A stretch of DNA of 64,000 nt from Candidatus Latescibacterota bacterium (GCA_965226795.1 CBDDDZ010000002.1:352001-416000), one strand, 5' to 3'; positions 31,579 through 42,155 are shown, counted from the first letter of the stretch. The notes: generated by a model from the letters alone, not told the origin. Program-made: numbers and translations.

Positions 31579-31646
31579 GACCCGATTCTGGAGGGTGCAC
31601 CGGATTGCTCGGGCAGGATGTTTTTTGTGGCGAGAAAGCCGTAGGA
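31530..31646 (+). repeat. 51-bp direct duplication of the methyltransferase 3' end
   Basis: 31530-31580 and 31596-31646 differ at one base. Confidence 0.9.
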
Positions 31647-32632
31647 TCGACCGTCAGTGAGGGTGAGCGTTTCCCGAGACATGACGTCAGAAGTTTGATC
31701 GCACAGAGGAGACTCTTCATGAAACGCTCAGTTGAGATCTCGGAATTTCCTGTATAGACGTTATGTGCCATGCGCTCTGAGATCGCGCCGAACATGGATC
31801 TTCGCCAAACTCTGCGAAAGAAACGGATCCGGAGAAAAAGCTCCTTGAGGAAGTTGTAAAATTCAAGAGCGGAAAAATGAGCATACAGGAATTCGGATTG
31901 TTGTCATTTCCGTGGGCGCCTGATGAAAAAATCCAGCTGAGGCTCCGCTCCGAAGCGCCAGAAAGCGAAGCAAGTGGTCTCCATCCCTGTGCGCCAGGGA
32001 CAATTTCGTCGGAATCACGGCCGTGCTTCAGACCGTTGTCCTTTTCGGAATCGCCATGGAGGCGCAATCCTCAACGGGCGCAGCGATGGATTTGCGTACT
32101 CTGGACGACGCGTTTGCATATGTAGAACTCGACGAGCCAATAGGCTCGACGGGTCTTTTTATCAAACCAATTGAACCATGGCAACGTGGACCTGGAAATT
32201 AACCTCTACATGAGCAAGGGCGGGCTGCAAATGGAGTTCGTCAACACAAGAGAGAACAGCACGCAGCGCAATACAGTCCCCTGGAAGGATCTGCTGAAGT
32301 AGTAGGCTGGTGGATTGAGGTGTGCACGGTGAGATTCGGTTCGAGCGGCTGTTTAGGACGGAAGGCGGAATTCGAGGAAGTTATCCCCGATCACATTACG
32401 TGGGAGATGTCGCAATTTGCGACACTTGGCGTGTGTTTAAGAGAAATGACAACCGCGACGTCGTAAGGGGCGGTTTTGCCCGGTCCCTGTAAGGAAGCGC
32501 GGGGGCCCGCGCAGGGAACGGGAGGCGTGCCGGGTACCGGGCTGAGAGGGGAGAGAGCCAGATTCTGTGTCGAAGGCGAGATGCCATCGATGCATCGTGA
32601 GGAGGCCTCCCAGCCCGGATGCCGTGCGGGAT

Positions 32633-34576
32633 TCAATCTCCGTAAAGATTGTATTTTTTCAGTTTGCGATGCAGGGTCGACCGATGGATGCCCAGGGCCT
32701 GTGCGGCCCGCGTAATGTTGTCGCCAGCGGCTTCCAGTGCCAGGAGCAGGGCCTGTCGCTCCACCTCGGCGAGAGGAAGGATCGCCGTTGGCGCGGCGCG
32801 GTCGTGTCCGGACGCAATGGCCGGAGACAGCTGTGGCGGCAGATTGCCCGCCTGAATCACCGGTGACGCCTCTAACAGCACGGCGCGTTCGATGGCGTTT
32901 TCCAGTTCGCGTACGTTTCCCGGCCAGTTGAACTGTAGCAACAGGCGCAGAGCGGCGCTGGAAATGCCTTTAATGGGCTTGTTCAGGCGTTTCGTGTATT
33001 TCTCGAGGAAGTGTTCGGCAAGCACGGGAATATCCTCTCGCCGGTTTCTGAGCGGCGGAATCATGATGGGAAAGGCCGCAACGCGATAAAACAGATCTTC
33101 GCGGAACTCGCCGGTCTTTACCGCGCGGTCCAAGTCTTTGTTGGTTGCAGTAATCACCCGGATGTCGACGGATAATGGAGTTGTTCCACCGATCCGCTGG
33201 ACTTCCCGCTCCTGCAAAACGCGCAATAGCTTGCCCTGAAGGGCGTACGGCAGGTCGCCGATTTCGTCAATGAGAATGGTGCCGCCGTCCGCGCGCTCAA
33301 AGGCCCCGATTCTCCGTGTGGTTGCGCCGGTGAAAGTTCCTTTTTCATGTCCGAATAACTCGCTCTCCATGAGCGTTTCGGGTATGGTGGTGCAATCGAG
33401 TGCCACGAACGGGCCCTTTTTTCGCGAACTGTTGAAGTGAAACGACCTGGCCACCAGTTCTTTGCCGGTGCCGCTTTCGCCCCGGATCAGCACGGTAATG
33501 TCGCTTTCCGCGGCCTGTTTCATGAGCGCGTACACTCGCCGTATACCTCGGCTGGTTCCTACCATCCCGGCAAAGGAATAAGTCGTTTCCAATTCGGTGC
33601 GCAGGCGCAGTACCTCGGCCTTCATTTGCGCGGCATCGATTTCCCGCGACACGTCCCGATATAAGACGAGGTTGCCGATTACATGTCCCCGTTCGTCGCT
33701 CACCGATGCGGTTGAACGGTAGAACAGCCGTTGCTTCGGCAGCCCGCCGGCGCCGGTTGTTTCCACCACGTCGCCGTCGTCGAGGAGAAACCTGCTCTCG
33801 ATGTGGCTAAGGTCGGGTTTCCGGAACCGCTTCTTGAAACGTGCCGCGAGATCGCCCGGCCGAATACCCGCCATGTCGATCCCCTGGAGACCCAACAGGT
33901 TCTCGAACATCTCGTTGGCGAAAACAAGGCGTCCGGCAGCGTCGTGCATTGCAATAGCGTCGCCGGTCGCGTTGAGCACCGCTTCCAGTCGGCCATGACT
34001 GGCGGCGAGTTGTCGCCGTTTTTCCGCCAACTCCTGTTCGACGTTCCATTTTCCCACGAGGGAGAGTGTAATCTGCTGAATTTCCTCGTGGGTAAAAGGC
34101 TTTCTTATATACAGCAGCTTGTGCAGCAAATCCATTTCGTAGACGATTTTGGGCAACGACATATCGGTGTACGCTGTCATAATGACGATTTCGATTTTGC
34201 GATCGATTTCCCTCACGCGGCGCACAGTCTCGATTCCGTCGATTCCCGGTGGCATTCTGATGTCAATGTATGCCACGGCAACAGGCTTATTCGATTCCCT
34301 TCCCGCCCGGATGATGTCATATGCTTCCTGCCCGTTGCTCGCATGCAGCAACTCGAACTCCGGGAGATAACTGCCTTCCTGCTCCCGCACGAACGCAGCC
34401 GCCAGATCGTCAGTCGACGGTATCGCGACATTGGTACAGAGCATTTCCACAAAGTCGTCGTGTATCTCGGGCTGATCATCGACGATTAGAACGCGGTTAT
34501 TTCCGTGATTAAAGGGTTCCATCGACCACCTTCGTCCCCTGCCGGTTGACAAGTTACCTGAAAACGATACACTCAT
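32633..34576 (-). CDS. Sigma54-dependent response regulator (REC-PAS-AAA-Fis HTH)
   Basis: LIVDD, IDIRMPPG, GESGTGKE, ESELFGHEKGTFTGA, FREDLFYR, WPGNVREL, C-terminal HTH; start may be 34522. Confidence 0.92.
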   Translation of the reverse strand: MSVSFSGNLSTGRGRRWSMEPFNHGNNRVLIVDDQPEIHDDFVEMLCTNVAIPSTDDLAAAFVREQEGSYLPEFELLHASNGQEAYDIIRAGRESNKPVAVAYIDIRMPPGIDGIETVRRVREIDRKIEIVIMTAYTDMSLPKIVYEMDLLHKLLYIRKPFTHEEIQQITLSLVGKWNVEQELAEKRRQLAASHGRLEAVLNATGDAIAMHDAAGRLVFANEMFENLLGLQGIDMAGIRPGDLAARFKKRFRKPDLSHIESRFLLDDGDVVETTGAGGLPKQRLFYRSTASVSDERGHVIGNLVLYRDVSREIDAAQMKAEVLRLRTELETTYSFAGMVGTSRGIRRVYALMKQAAESDITVLIRGESGTGKELVARSFHFNSSRKKGPFVALDCTTIPETLMESELFGHEKGTFTGATTRRIGAFERADGGTILIDEIGDLPYALQGKLLRVLQEREVQRIGGTTPLSVDIRVITATNKDLDRAVKTGEFREDLFYRVAAFPIMIPPLRNRREDIPVLAEHFLEKYTKRLNKPIKGISSAALRLLLQFNWPGNVRELENAIERAVLLEASPVIQAGNLPPQLSPAIASGHDRAAPTAILPLAEVERQALLLALEAAGDNITRAAQALGIHRSTLHRKLKKYNLYGD

Positions 34577-34603
34577 GTCTCATCCTGCCCTTCGCGGTTT
34601 ATC

Positions 34604-34618
34604 GCACAATCTGTGCCA
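34604..34618 (-). promoter_or_regulatory. Sigma54 -24/-12 promoter
   Basis: TGGCAC-AGATT-GTGC (GG-N10-GC) with an AT-rich IHF-like tract just upstream. Confidence 0.6.
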
Positions 34619-35081
34619 ACTATTTCTAAAGTAACTAAATTATTGAAATTAATGGAGTTAGAATATATGGGCGATTCACGGCCAATCTTCCGAATGTTGT
34701 ATAATGCGTCGCCGCAGACCGTCACAATGGCGGTGTGCCAACCATGACAAATAGGCCATAAATAGCTGTTTGAAAATGATTTATGAGAATCACTATCGGA
34801 AAATACTCACTGGATGTAGCATTTTGCAACTGAAGTCGCTATTTGCAACGCCACGGTTGGGCTTTCCGCATGGAAATCTGATTGCGAACCCACGTTGTCC
34901 CGTGCCCGGTGCCGGAGCCACCCGTATCCGGGGGAGGAGACTTCGGGGTGCGCACGCCAATACCGCTTCCACCGGAGACTCCCGTGGCGAATATGATGTT
35001 CATGCTTCCGATTCTGTGGGGTCATCGGCGCGTTCGTTCGTCATGGGCCGGATTCGAGCGTAAGGGGCCGCTTTTCGGGGG

Positions 35082-37241
35082 CTATCCAGCTGCCACGTGC
35101 GGGATCACTGCAGAAAGAGGCAGCTGGACGCGCATGGTCGTTCCATTGCCTTTGCCTTCGCTCAACGGTTCGATTCGTCCACCGGAAGCAATGACGAAGT
35201 TGGCGGCCGAATGGAGACCGAGACCGCTCCCCGATTTTTTCGTCGTAAATCCCGCGGTAAAAAACATCCGGGTGTCTTTGTTCTCGATACCGATGCCGTT
35301 GTCGATTACTTCAAGGTTAAGGAAGCCTTCCGAGGCGCAGGCCCTTATCCTGATGCGGGGCGCTTCCTGTAGTCCGAATAAAACGGCATGTTCGTCGATG
35401 GCTTCGATCGAATTCTTGACCAGGTTGACCAGCATCTGGTGAAACTGGCTTTCACGGATGCGAATCTCCTGCGGCGCGTTCCCGCAGTCGACGTCGGTCT
35501 GGATCCCCCTTTTATTGAGGGAATCTTTCAATACCCTGAAAGCACCCGAGAGTGCATCGTAGAGGTCGATATCTTTTCGATCCATATCGGAACCGTCGAG
35601 GGCCTTTTGGGTGCGGATGATATCGGCGATTCGATTGGCACGATCCCTGACGCGTCCGACCGTTTTCATCAGTTCGTCGTTCCGACGGCCAAAGTCTTCC
35701 GCGAGCTTTATAATGAACGGCATCACCTTTCGACCCTGCGGGTCGTTTGCGATGTAGTCGACCCAATCGGTCCGGCGAGCGTCTATAGCACGGGCGAGTG
35801 CGAAGAGACGGCGACCGGCACGGTCATTCTCAAGATTCCTGCGCACAGTTTCGATTCCCGTCGTGACACTGTTCATCGCGTTGCCAATGTTGTGGAGAAT
35901 GGTATCGACCATCTCCAACCGCCCCTGGTCGAATGCCCGCGCCAATGCCTCGTCGGCGAGCACCCGCTCGGTAACGTCACGGAATATGACCACGCTGCCC
36001 CTGATTTCGCCCATGTTGTCGAGAAGTGGCCGTCCGCTCATCCGGATGTAGACACCGTCAGGCTTTTTCCTGTTCCGTATGAAGACGTCTTCTTCATCCG
36101 TGGATTCGCCCCGGTGTATGGCTCGGATGAGGGGTAGGTCCTCAATCTTCATGGGTGTTTCACGATCAGGGAAGTATACACCGTAACCTTCAGCACATTC
36201 GTCCTGAAAGCCATCCTTTAGGTCCATGCCGACTATCTGTCGAGCCCCTGGGTTTACGTAGAGGAACTTCCCCGCGGTATCCGTGACAATGATGCCGTCG
36301 TTGATACTCTTGAAAGTGGTCTCCACGAGTTCGCTCTGATCGCGCAATTCCCGGATCGTCGTCTCCAGTACTGCGGCCGCCTTTTTCTGCATGGCGATCG
36401 ATCGTTCCAATTCGGCCTCCGCCTGTTTGAGCATTGTAACGTCGCGGATGACGGCCACACCGCCTTTTACAGATCCCGCTTTATCCAACACGGGTCGCGC
36501 GCTGACGCTGATATGAACGCCTTCGGGCCTCTGTTCGTTGCGAATCAGCAACTCGGTTTCTTCGGTGGACTCGCCTCTGCAGGCAAGCACCAGCGGATTC
36601 AGATCCTCGCTCAGAATGGTTTGTCCGTCGGCCTGAAAGACCCCGTATTTTTCGGGCCACCTGGCGATATCTTTTTCCAGGGGATGGTCGCCGGCGATGC
36701 GTAGCCCGCTTGAATTATGAAATAGAACCGTACCGTCTTCGTTGATGGAAAACACGCCCTCACTCATGCTGTTGAAGACGGTCTCCATGAGTTCAGCATG
36801 ATGTTTCGATTCACCGATGGTTCGTTCCAGACCGATTCGAGTCTCTCGGTGTTTGTGTTCCCTCTCGTGCATGGAGACTGCGGTCTGGATGTTCAGGTGG
36901 AGTTGCCCAGCGTCGAAAGGCTTAAGCACGTAGCCGTACGGATTCGTTGCCTGCGCGCGTTCAAACAGATCTCCCCGGGTGGTGTCAGTCAGGTACACGA
37001 CGGGTACATCGTGCCGGCCGCCAAGCAGTTCGGCGACTTCAGGACCGGTTTGGTCCCCGACAAGCCCGAGATTGACCAGCGCCAGGTCGGGTCGGGCGTT
37101 CGCGGCGATTTCGACAGCCTCGCGCGAGCCCTCAACCGTCGCGGATACTGTGTATCCCATATTCTTCAGGCATTCCCCCAAATCCCTTGCCAGGGTCTGG
37201 TCGTGTTCTACAATCAGAATCTTTGGAATTGGATTCGACAT
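35082..37241 (-). CDS. Cytoplasmic histidine kinase (REC-like, two PAS, HisKA, HATPase)
   Basis: LHNIGNAMN H-box, NLVKNS, DNGIGI, FTTK, GSGLGL. Confidence 0.9.
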   Translation of the reverse strand: MSNPIPKILIVEHDQTLARDLGECLKNMGYTVSATVEGSREAVEIAANARPDLALVNLGLVGDQTGPEVAELLGGRHDVPVVYLTDTTRGDLFERAQATNPYGYVLKPFDAGQLHLNIQTAVSMHEREHKHRETRIGLERTIGESKHHAELMETVFNSMSEGVFSINEDGTVLFHNSSGLRIAGDHPLEKDIARWPEKYGVFQADGQTILSEDLNPLVLACRGESTEETELLIRNEQRPEGVHISVSARPVLDKAGSVKGGVAVIRDVTMLKQAEAELERSIAMQKKAAAVLETTIRELRDQSELVETTFKSINDGIIVTDTAGKFLYVNPGARQIVGMDLKDGFQDECAEGYGVYFPDRETPMKIEDLPLIRAIHRGESTDEEDVFIRNRKKPDGVYIRMSGRPLLDNMGEIRGSVVIFRDVTERVLADEALARAFDQGRLEMVDTILHNIGNAMNSVTTGIETVRRNLENDRAGRRLFALARAIDARRTDWVDYIANDPQGRKVMPFIIKLAEDFGRRNDELMKTVGRVRDRANRIADIIRTQKALDGSDMDRKDIDLYDALSGAFRVLKDSLNKRGIQTDVDCGNAPQEIRIRESQFHQMLVNLVKNSIEAIDEHAVLFGLQEAPRIRIRACASEGFLNLEVIDNGIGIENKDTRMFFTAGFTTKKSGSGLGLHSAANFVIASGGRIEPLSEGKGNGTTMRVQLPLSAVIPHVAAG

Positions 37242-37436
37242 ACCTTGCACTTTCTCTATTGGCTTGTCGTATTCGCGGGTGAATCGATGCCGGCGCCCAA
37301 CGTGGTTTTGAACCTCACCGGTCGGAACGCCAGGACAAAACGCATGCGTACGTAACAAGGGCGCCGCCAAACTCGTACGCCTTCCTGACGCCGCCCTGGC
37401 CTACGCATCTAACACCGCCCCGCCCCGACCCCACCC

Positions 37437-38669
37437 TCATTCCGCCTGCGGCTTTTCCCAGGACACCCGCATCCCCCGCTTTCGAAATTCGGCAATATGC
37501 GTATCGATTGACTCCCTCGAAAGGGGATTGCCGCGGACAAACAGCCTCCCCAGGTTGTTGAGCCCGGAAAGGGCGGATATGTCCATGACGCGGTTTTGGC
37601 CAAGATTCAGGGTTTCCAGGTTAACCAGCCCAAGCAAAGACTTTACGTCGCTGATGGCGTTGTTGTTGAGATACAGGTACTCGAGATTGGTCAACCCGGA
37701 TAGGGGCGACAGGTCCGTAATGCCGTTATGCCCAAGATACAGCCTTTTCGGGTTTCTCAACCCCGCCAGGGGCCGTAAGTCGCTGATGCCGTTCCTGTCA
37801 ACGTACAGCCGGGTCAGATTGGTCAATCCCGACAGGGGCGCCAGGTCACTGATGCCGTTTCTATCCAGGTCCAGTTCTTTCAGGTTCTTCAACCCGGACA
37901 GAGGTTTCAGGTCACTGATCCCGTTGCTGTCGAGACGCAGTCCCGCCAGATTGGTTAGTCCCGACAGGGGCTCCAGATCGCTGATACCGTTGCCGTCAAG
38001 GTCCAGTTCTTTCAGGTTTTTTAGCCCGGACAGAGGTTTCAGGTCACTGATCCCGTTGCCTTCGAGGCGCAGCCCCGTCAGGCTCGTCAGCCCGGACAGG
38101 GGTGAGAGGTCGCTGATCCCATTATTGTCGAGATCCAGTTCCTTCAAATTCTTCAGTGAGGACAGAGGCGTTATTTCACTGATGCCATTGCCTTCAAGAC
38201 GCAACCTTTTCAGGTTGGTCAGCCCCGACAGGGGCGAGACGTCACTGATGCCGTTATCAGCCAGATACAGCCTTTCGAGGTTTTTTAACTCGGATAGAGG
38301 CGTTATGTCGTTGATCCGATTGCACTCAAGACGCAGCCTTTTCAAGTTCTCCAGCCCGGCCAGGGGAGTAAGATCGCTGATGTCGTTGGCGTCAAGATTC
38401 AGCACGACCAGGTTCTTTGTAAACTCAAGCCCGTCCAGGTGAACAATGCTGTCACGCTGCGCTGCCAGATGGGTTAGTCTTGCGAGGTCGCCCACGGTGA
38501 TCGGCTCACCGTCCGGCTTGTTCAGGGAATCCCGAACAACCGATCGCAAGCGGTCATCCGGAATCAACGAGTGTGTGGATTGGGGAGCCGGGGGTTGCGC
38601 GACCTGGCGCGGGCCGGCGCAACCGAACACGCCAAAAACGGCCATCATCAAAATGACTCTGCAGGACAT
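37437..38669 (-). CDS. Internalin-like leucine-rich repeat lipoprotein
   Basis: VFGC lipobox, IPD..LR cap, about 14 22-aa repeats (NGISDL.PLSGL.NL..L.L). Confidence 0.9.
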   Translation of the reverse strand: MSCRVILMMAVFGVFGCAGPRQVAQPPAPQSTHSLIPDDRLRSVVRDSLNKPDGEPITVGDLARLTHLAAQRDSIVHLDGLEFTKNLVVLNLDANDISDLTPLAGLENLKRLRLECNRINDITPLSELKNLERLYLADNGISDVSPLSGLTNLKRLRLEGNGISEITPLSSLKNLKELDLDNNGISDLSPLSGLTSLTGLRLEGNGISDLKPLSGLKNLKELDLDGNGISDLEPLSGLTNLAGLRLDSNGISDLKPLSGLKNLKELDLDRNGISDLAPLSGLTNLTRLYVDRNGISDLRPLAGLRNPKRLYLGHNGITDLSPLSGLTNLEYLYLNNNAISDVKSLLGLVNLETLNLGQNRVMDISALSGLNNLGRLFVRGNPLSRESIDTHIAEFRKRGMRVSWEKPQAE

Positions 38670-38729
38670 GATTTACCTTATATAAACTTCTGTTTCGCCG
38701 CAACGTAGGTATTGCGGCCGATAGATCAG

Positions 38730-39420
38730 ACACAGTTGTGCCTACTCGATCCCGGAAGGCGGGGCATCCGGCAAGCGGCTTGTCTGAGCGGGGAAACGCC
38801 TGGTCGTACAGCTTCCGCGGCCGCGCGGGATACGGGCGTAGTTGTGCCCACTCGATCCCGGTAACCGGGGTCTCCGCGATCACAGATGCGTACGCCGAAC
38901 TGTGAAGAGATGGTTAGGCTGAAGATTCGCCTGTGAAGATACGGTGAAAGCGAGGCGTTTACAAACCAAAACCGGAACGGCCCGGGCCGTTCGGTATCGG
39001 GCCGACTGAACAGCGGGAGAAGGGGTCTGGTGGGGAAGTGGCAACATGGGAGAGGGGAGGTGCGCGCCTCTCCGCAATCGACTTGCCAGGCCACTGAGGA
39101 AGCATTTACGAGGGTGGGGCAGACATTCCTGTCTGCCCGTAACATTGCACTTCTCCCCCAATGCAGACAAACGAAAAGCCGGCGCTGCCCCACGTGATTC
39201 TGGTACAGTCGTGCCCACTCGATTCCTAAATGCAGGGACCCGGCTTTCGAGGCATCGCGTTGTTCAGCCGCAACCCGATGGATGAAAGTGAACGTGCCAA
39301 CCCATTTGAAGGTCCAATCACTCCCCCCTTGAGGGGGAGTCGCCTGCCTGCGTCCGCAGGACAGGCAGGTAGAAGCCGAGCCGGACCCCTGAGCCTGCCT
39401 GCATTGAGCTTGTCGAAATG
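38730..39420. repeat. Cluster of nested short palindromes and repeats
   Basis: AGTyGTGCCyACTCGAT x3 (38734, 38840, 39207); GTGGGGCAGACATTCCTGTCTGCC (39114); CTCCCCC-TT-GAGGGGGAG; CCTGCCTG element (39343); TGAGCTTGTCGAA (39405). Confidence 0.7.
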
Positions 39421-39740
39421 TCGGAAAAATGCAGCGTTAATTTTTCTTTCTCGCCGCCACGGAAATAATCCGACTCAAAAATAACGGTCAAAGACTTGGG
39501 TCCAATTGTTTCGATTTTACCTTCGATCACTTCACTTTTGATCGGTGCATGTATACCCTCGCGAATCTTAATCCTTGCGCGCATGCCCTCTGTGAGTTTC
39601 CCCAGAACCTGGTCTCGCATCGTAGCCTGTCTGTCATCCCCGGGGACAACGTTCGTGCGTGCCAGGGGTTTCCAGGTACTGCATCCGACTGTCTGTAACG
39701 CAATCGCAACAATCAAGACGATACTCATGGCGCGTGTCAT
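39318..39740 (-). pseudogene. Tandem lipoprotein paralog 8 of 8; C-terminal Gly-zipper replaced by repeats
   Basis: Family N-terminus; similarity stops after LHFSDI at ~39420. Confidence 0.75.
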
Positions 39741-39902
39741 CTTTCAGCCTCCTCCCAATTTGAGACGGCGACAGAATTGTCCAAGGTCACACGGGCGGTT
39801 ATCCTTCCGGCTATCGGAAACCACGAAATCATCCTCATGGGTTGGTCCCTATTTGCGCAGGTCGCCAAATATGCGCTTCAGGTGTTCCAAGCAACTGTCT
39901 TG

Positions 39903-40350
39903 TTAGTCAAGCGTGAGCTGAGAAAATCCATAGACAATAAGGACAATAATCACCATCGCTCCGACCGCAAAGCCCTCCACAAACGCACCACGTTCACGAT
40001 TGGATTCACGATATTCGATGCTCGCGATGTCAGAATAGTGCAACGTTAACTTCCGACTGACATTACCCGGGGCATAAAACGACATTGGGGTTACTGTCAG
40101 CGATGTTAGCCCGATTTTTTCAATAATACAGTCGATAACTCGACCCTTGATCGACAAATGGGTACCCTCAAGGATCCTTAGCCTTACAGCCATCCCTTCT
40201 TTGAGCTTCCCCAGAACCTGGTCTCGCATCGAAGACTGTCTGTCATCCTCGGTGACCTCGTTCGCGCGAGCCACGGGTCGCCAGGTGGCTGCATCCGACC
40301 GTCTGCAGCGCAATCGTTACGATCAGGACGATATTGATGGCGCGCATCAT
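39903..40350 (-). pseudogene. Tandem lipoprotein paralog 7, +1 frameshift just after the lipobox
   Basis: MMRAINIVLIVTIALQTVGCS, one extra C near 40288, then family sequence resumes. Confidence 0.8.
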
Positions 40351-40508
40351 ATCAAAAGCTCCTCACTTCATTACAACGTGGCGGCGTTGTTCCAGACCCT
40401 AGGGGCCGTTCGCGACGAAATGGAAACACCGGATCGAAGTTCGTGGGACGGTCGCGATTGGCGTGGGTCGCCATATCTGCCCTTTGCATGTTCCGGGCAG
40501 TTTTTTTG

Positions 40509-40946
40509 TTAGAGTTGAGAAAATCCATAGAGAATAAGGACAAAAATCACCATCGCTCCGGCTGCTACGCCCCCCACAAACGCACCACGTTCACGATTGG
40601 ATTCACGATATTCGATGCTCGCGATGTCAGAATAATCCAGCGTTAACGTCCGAACGATATTACCGGGGGCATAAAAGGTCGTAGGGGTTACTGTCAGCGA
40701 TGTTGGCCCGATTTTTTCAATAATACAGTCGATAACTCGACCCTTGATCGGCAAATGGGTACCCTCGAGGATCCTTATCCTTACGGCCATCCCTTCATTG
40801 AGCTTCCCGAAAACATGGTCTCGCACCGATGACTGTCGGTCATCGTCCGCAGACTTGGCCACGCGAACCACCGGTCGCCATGTACTGCATCCAGCTGTCT
40901 GCAGCGCAATCGCTGCGATCAGGACGATACTGATGGCGCGTGTCAT
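40509..40946 (-). CDS. Tandem lipoprotein paralog 6
   Basis: TAGC lipobox, shared beta domain, GGVAAGA hydrophobic tail; GAGGAGG RBS. Confidence 0.85.
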   Translation of the reverse strand: MTRAISIVLIAAIALQTAGCSTWRPVVRVAKSADDDRQSSVRDHVFGKLNEGMAVRIRILEGTHLPIKGRVIDCIIEKIGPTSLTVTPTTFYAPGNIVRTLTLDYSDIASIEYRESNRERGAFVGGVAAGAMVIFVLILYGFSQL

Positions 40947-41111
40947 TCTGCAGCCTCCTCATTATGAGACAGCGTTACAGCATCTTAACAAGCACGACGG
41001 GCAGTTCCCGATCGCGACGATGAGGAAACCCCGGACGGAAGATCGCGGGGTGGTCGCAAATGGGCTGCGCCGCGAGACCGGCACTTCAGGAGTTCCTGGA
41101 CAGTTGTTTTA

Positions 41112-41558
41112 TCAGTCCAACGTAATCCCTGAAAGTGCCCAAGCCACAAGTAATAAGCCCAATACCGCTCCGACTCCAACACCCGCCAAAAAAGCACGTA
41201 ATCCACCCTTCGATTCACGAAATTCAATGCTCTCAATGTCGGAATAATGCAATGTTAACTCCCGACTGACGTTACTGGGTGCATAGAACGTCATAGGGAT
41301 TACTGTAAACGACGTTTGACCGACCCTCTTTATGATTCCGTCGATAACTTCACCCGTGGTCGGCACACGTCTACCCTCGCGGATTCTTATCCTTACGCGC
41401 ATGCCCTCTTTGAGTTTCCCGGGGAATTGACCTTGTATCAAAGTCTGTTTGGCATTCTCGGGCACGTCGTTCAAGCGGGCCAGAGGTCGCCACGTACTGC
41501 ATCCGAAAGATTGCAGCGCAATCGTTACGATCAGGACGATACTGATGGCTCGTATCAA
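41112..41558 (-). CDS. Tandem lipoprotein paralog 5
   Basis: SFGC lipobox, TTG start with GAGGAG RBS, AGVGVGAVLG tail. Confidence 0.85.
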   Translation of the reverse strand: MIRAISIVLIVTIALQSFGCSTWRPLARLNDVPENAKQTLIQGQFPGKLKEGMRVRIRIREGRRVPTTGEVIDGIIKRVGQTSFTVIPMTFYAPSNVSRELTLHYSDIESIEFRESKGGLRAFLAGVGVGAVLGLLLVAWALSGITLD

Positions 41559-41726
41559 TTTAAAGGCTCCTCACATTACAACTGAGTGGTGGAATTGTTC
41601 TGATCCACAGGGGCGATTCGACTTTGTAGCGGTAAGGGAACCCGGAGTTGAGGTTCGTGCAGTAGCCGCAAATGTAATGCGTCGGCATATTTGCCCTCGA
41701 GGTGTTCCGGGTAGTTGTTTCTCTAG

Positions 41727-42155
41727 TCAGAACAATGACAGTCCAATAACGAAGATAGCCAATATCGTTCCGACTGCTACGCCCCCGCCAAAAATAGCCA
41801 AGTCATTGGTGTCACGATATTCAATGCCGACGATGTCGGTATATGGCAACGTGAACGGCTTTTTTTCAGTATTACGTAAATAAAACGTGACAGGGGTTAC
41901 TGTCAGCGACGTTTCCCCGATCTTTTCAACAACACACTCGATAGCTCGACCCGTGATCGGTGCATGGGTACCCGCCCGAATTCTTATCCTTACGCGCATG
42001 CCCTCTTTGAGTTTCCCCAGAGCTTGTTCTCGCATAGAAGTCTGGTTGTTTTCCTCAGAGACCTCGTTCGCGCGAGCAAGGGGCCGCGTTGTAGTACAGC
42101 CGATTGTGTGTAACGCAATCGCTGCGATCAAGACGATGCTGATGGCGCGTATCAT
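41727..42155 (-). CDS. Tandem lipoprotein paralog 4
   Basis: TIGC lipobox, GGGVAVG tail. Confidence 0.85.
   Translation of the reverse strand: MIRAISIVLIAAIALHTIGCTTTRPLARANEVSEENNQTSMREQALGKLKEGMRVRIRIRAGTHAPITGRAIECVVEKIGETSLTVTPVTFYLRNTEKKPFTLPYTDIVGIEYRDTNDLAIFGGGVAVGTILAIFVIGLSLF

Noticed and set aside
31700..32310. Coding-like fragments in several frames
   Set aside because: No continuous ORF or recognisable motif; probably a decayed gene that I cannot name
37528..38442. 304-aa repetitive + strand ORF
   Set aside because: Antisense shadow of the LRR gene
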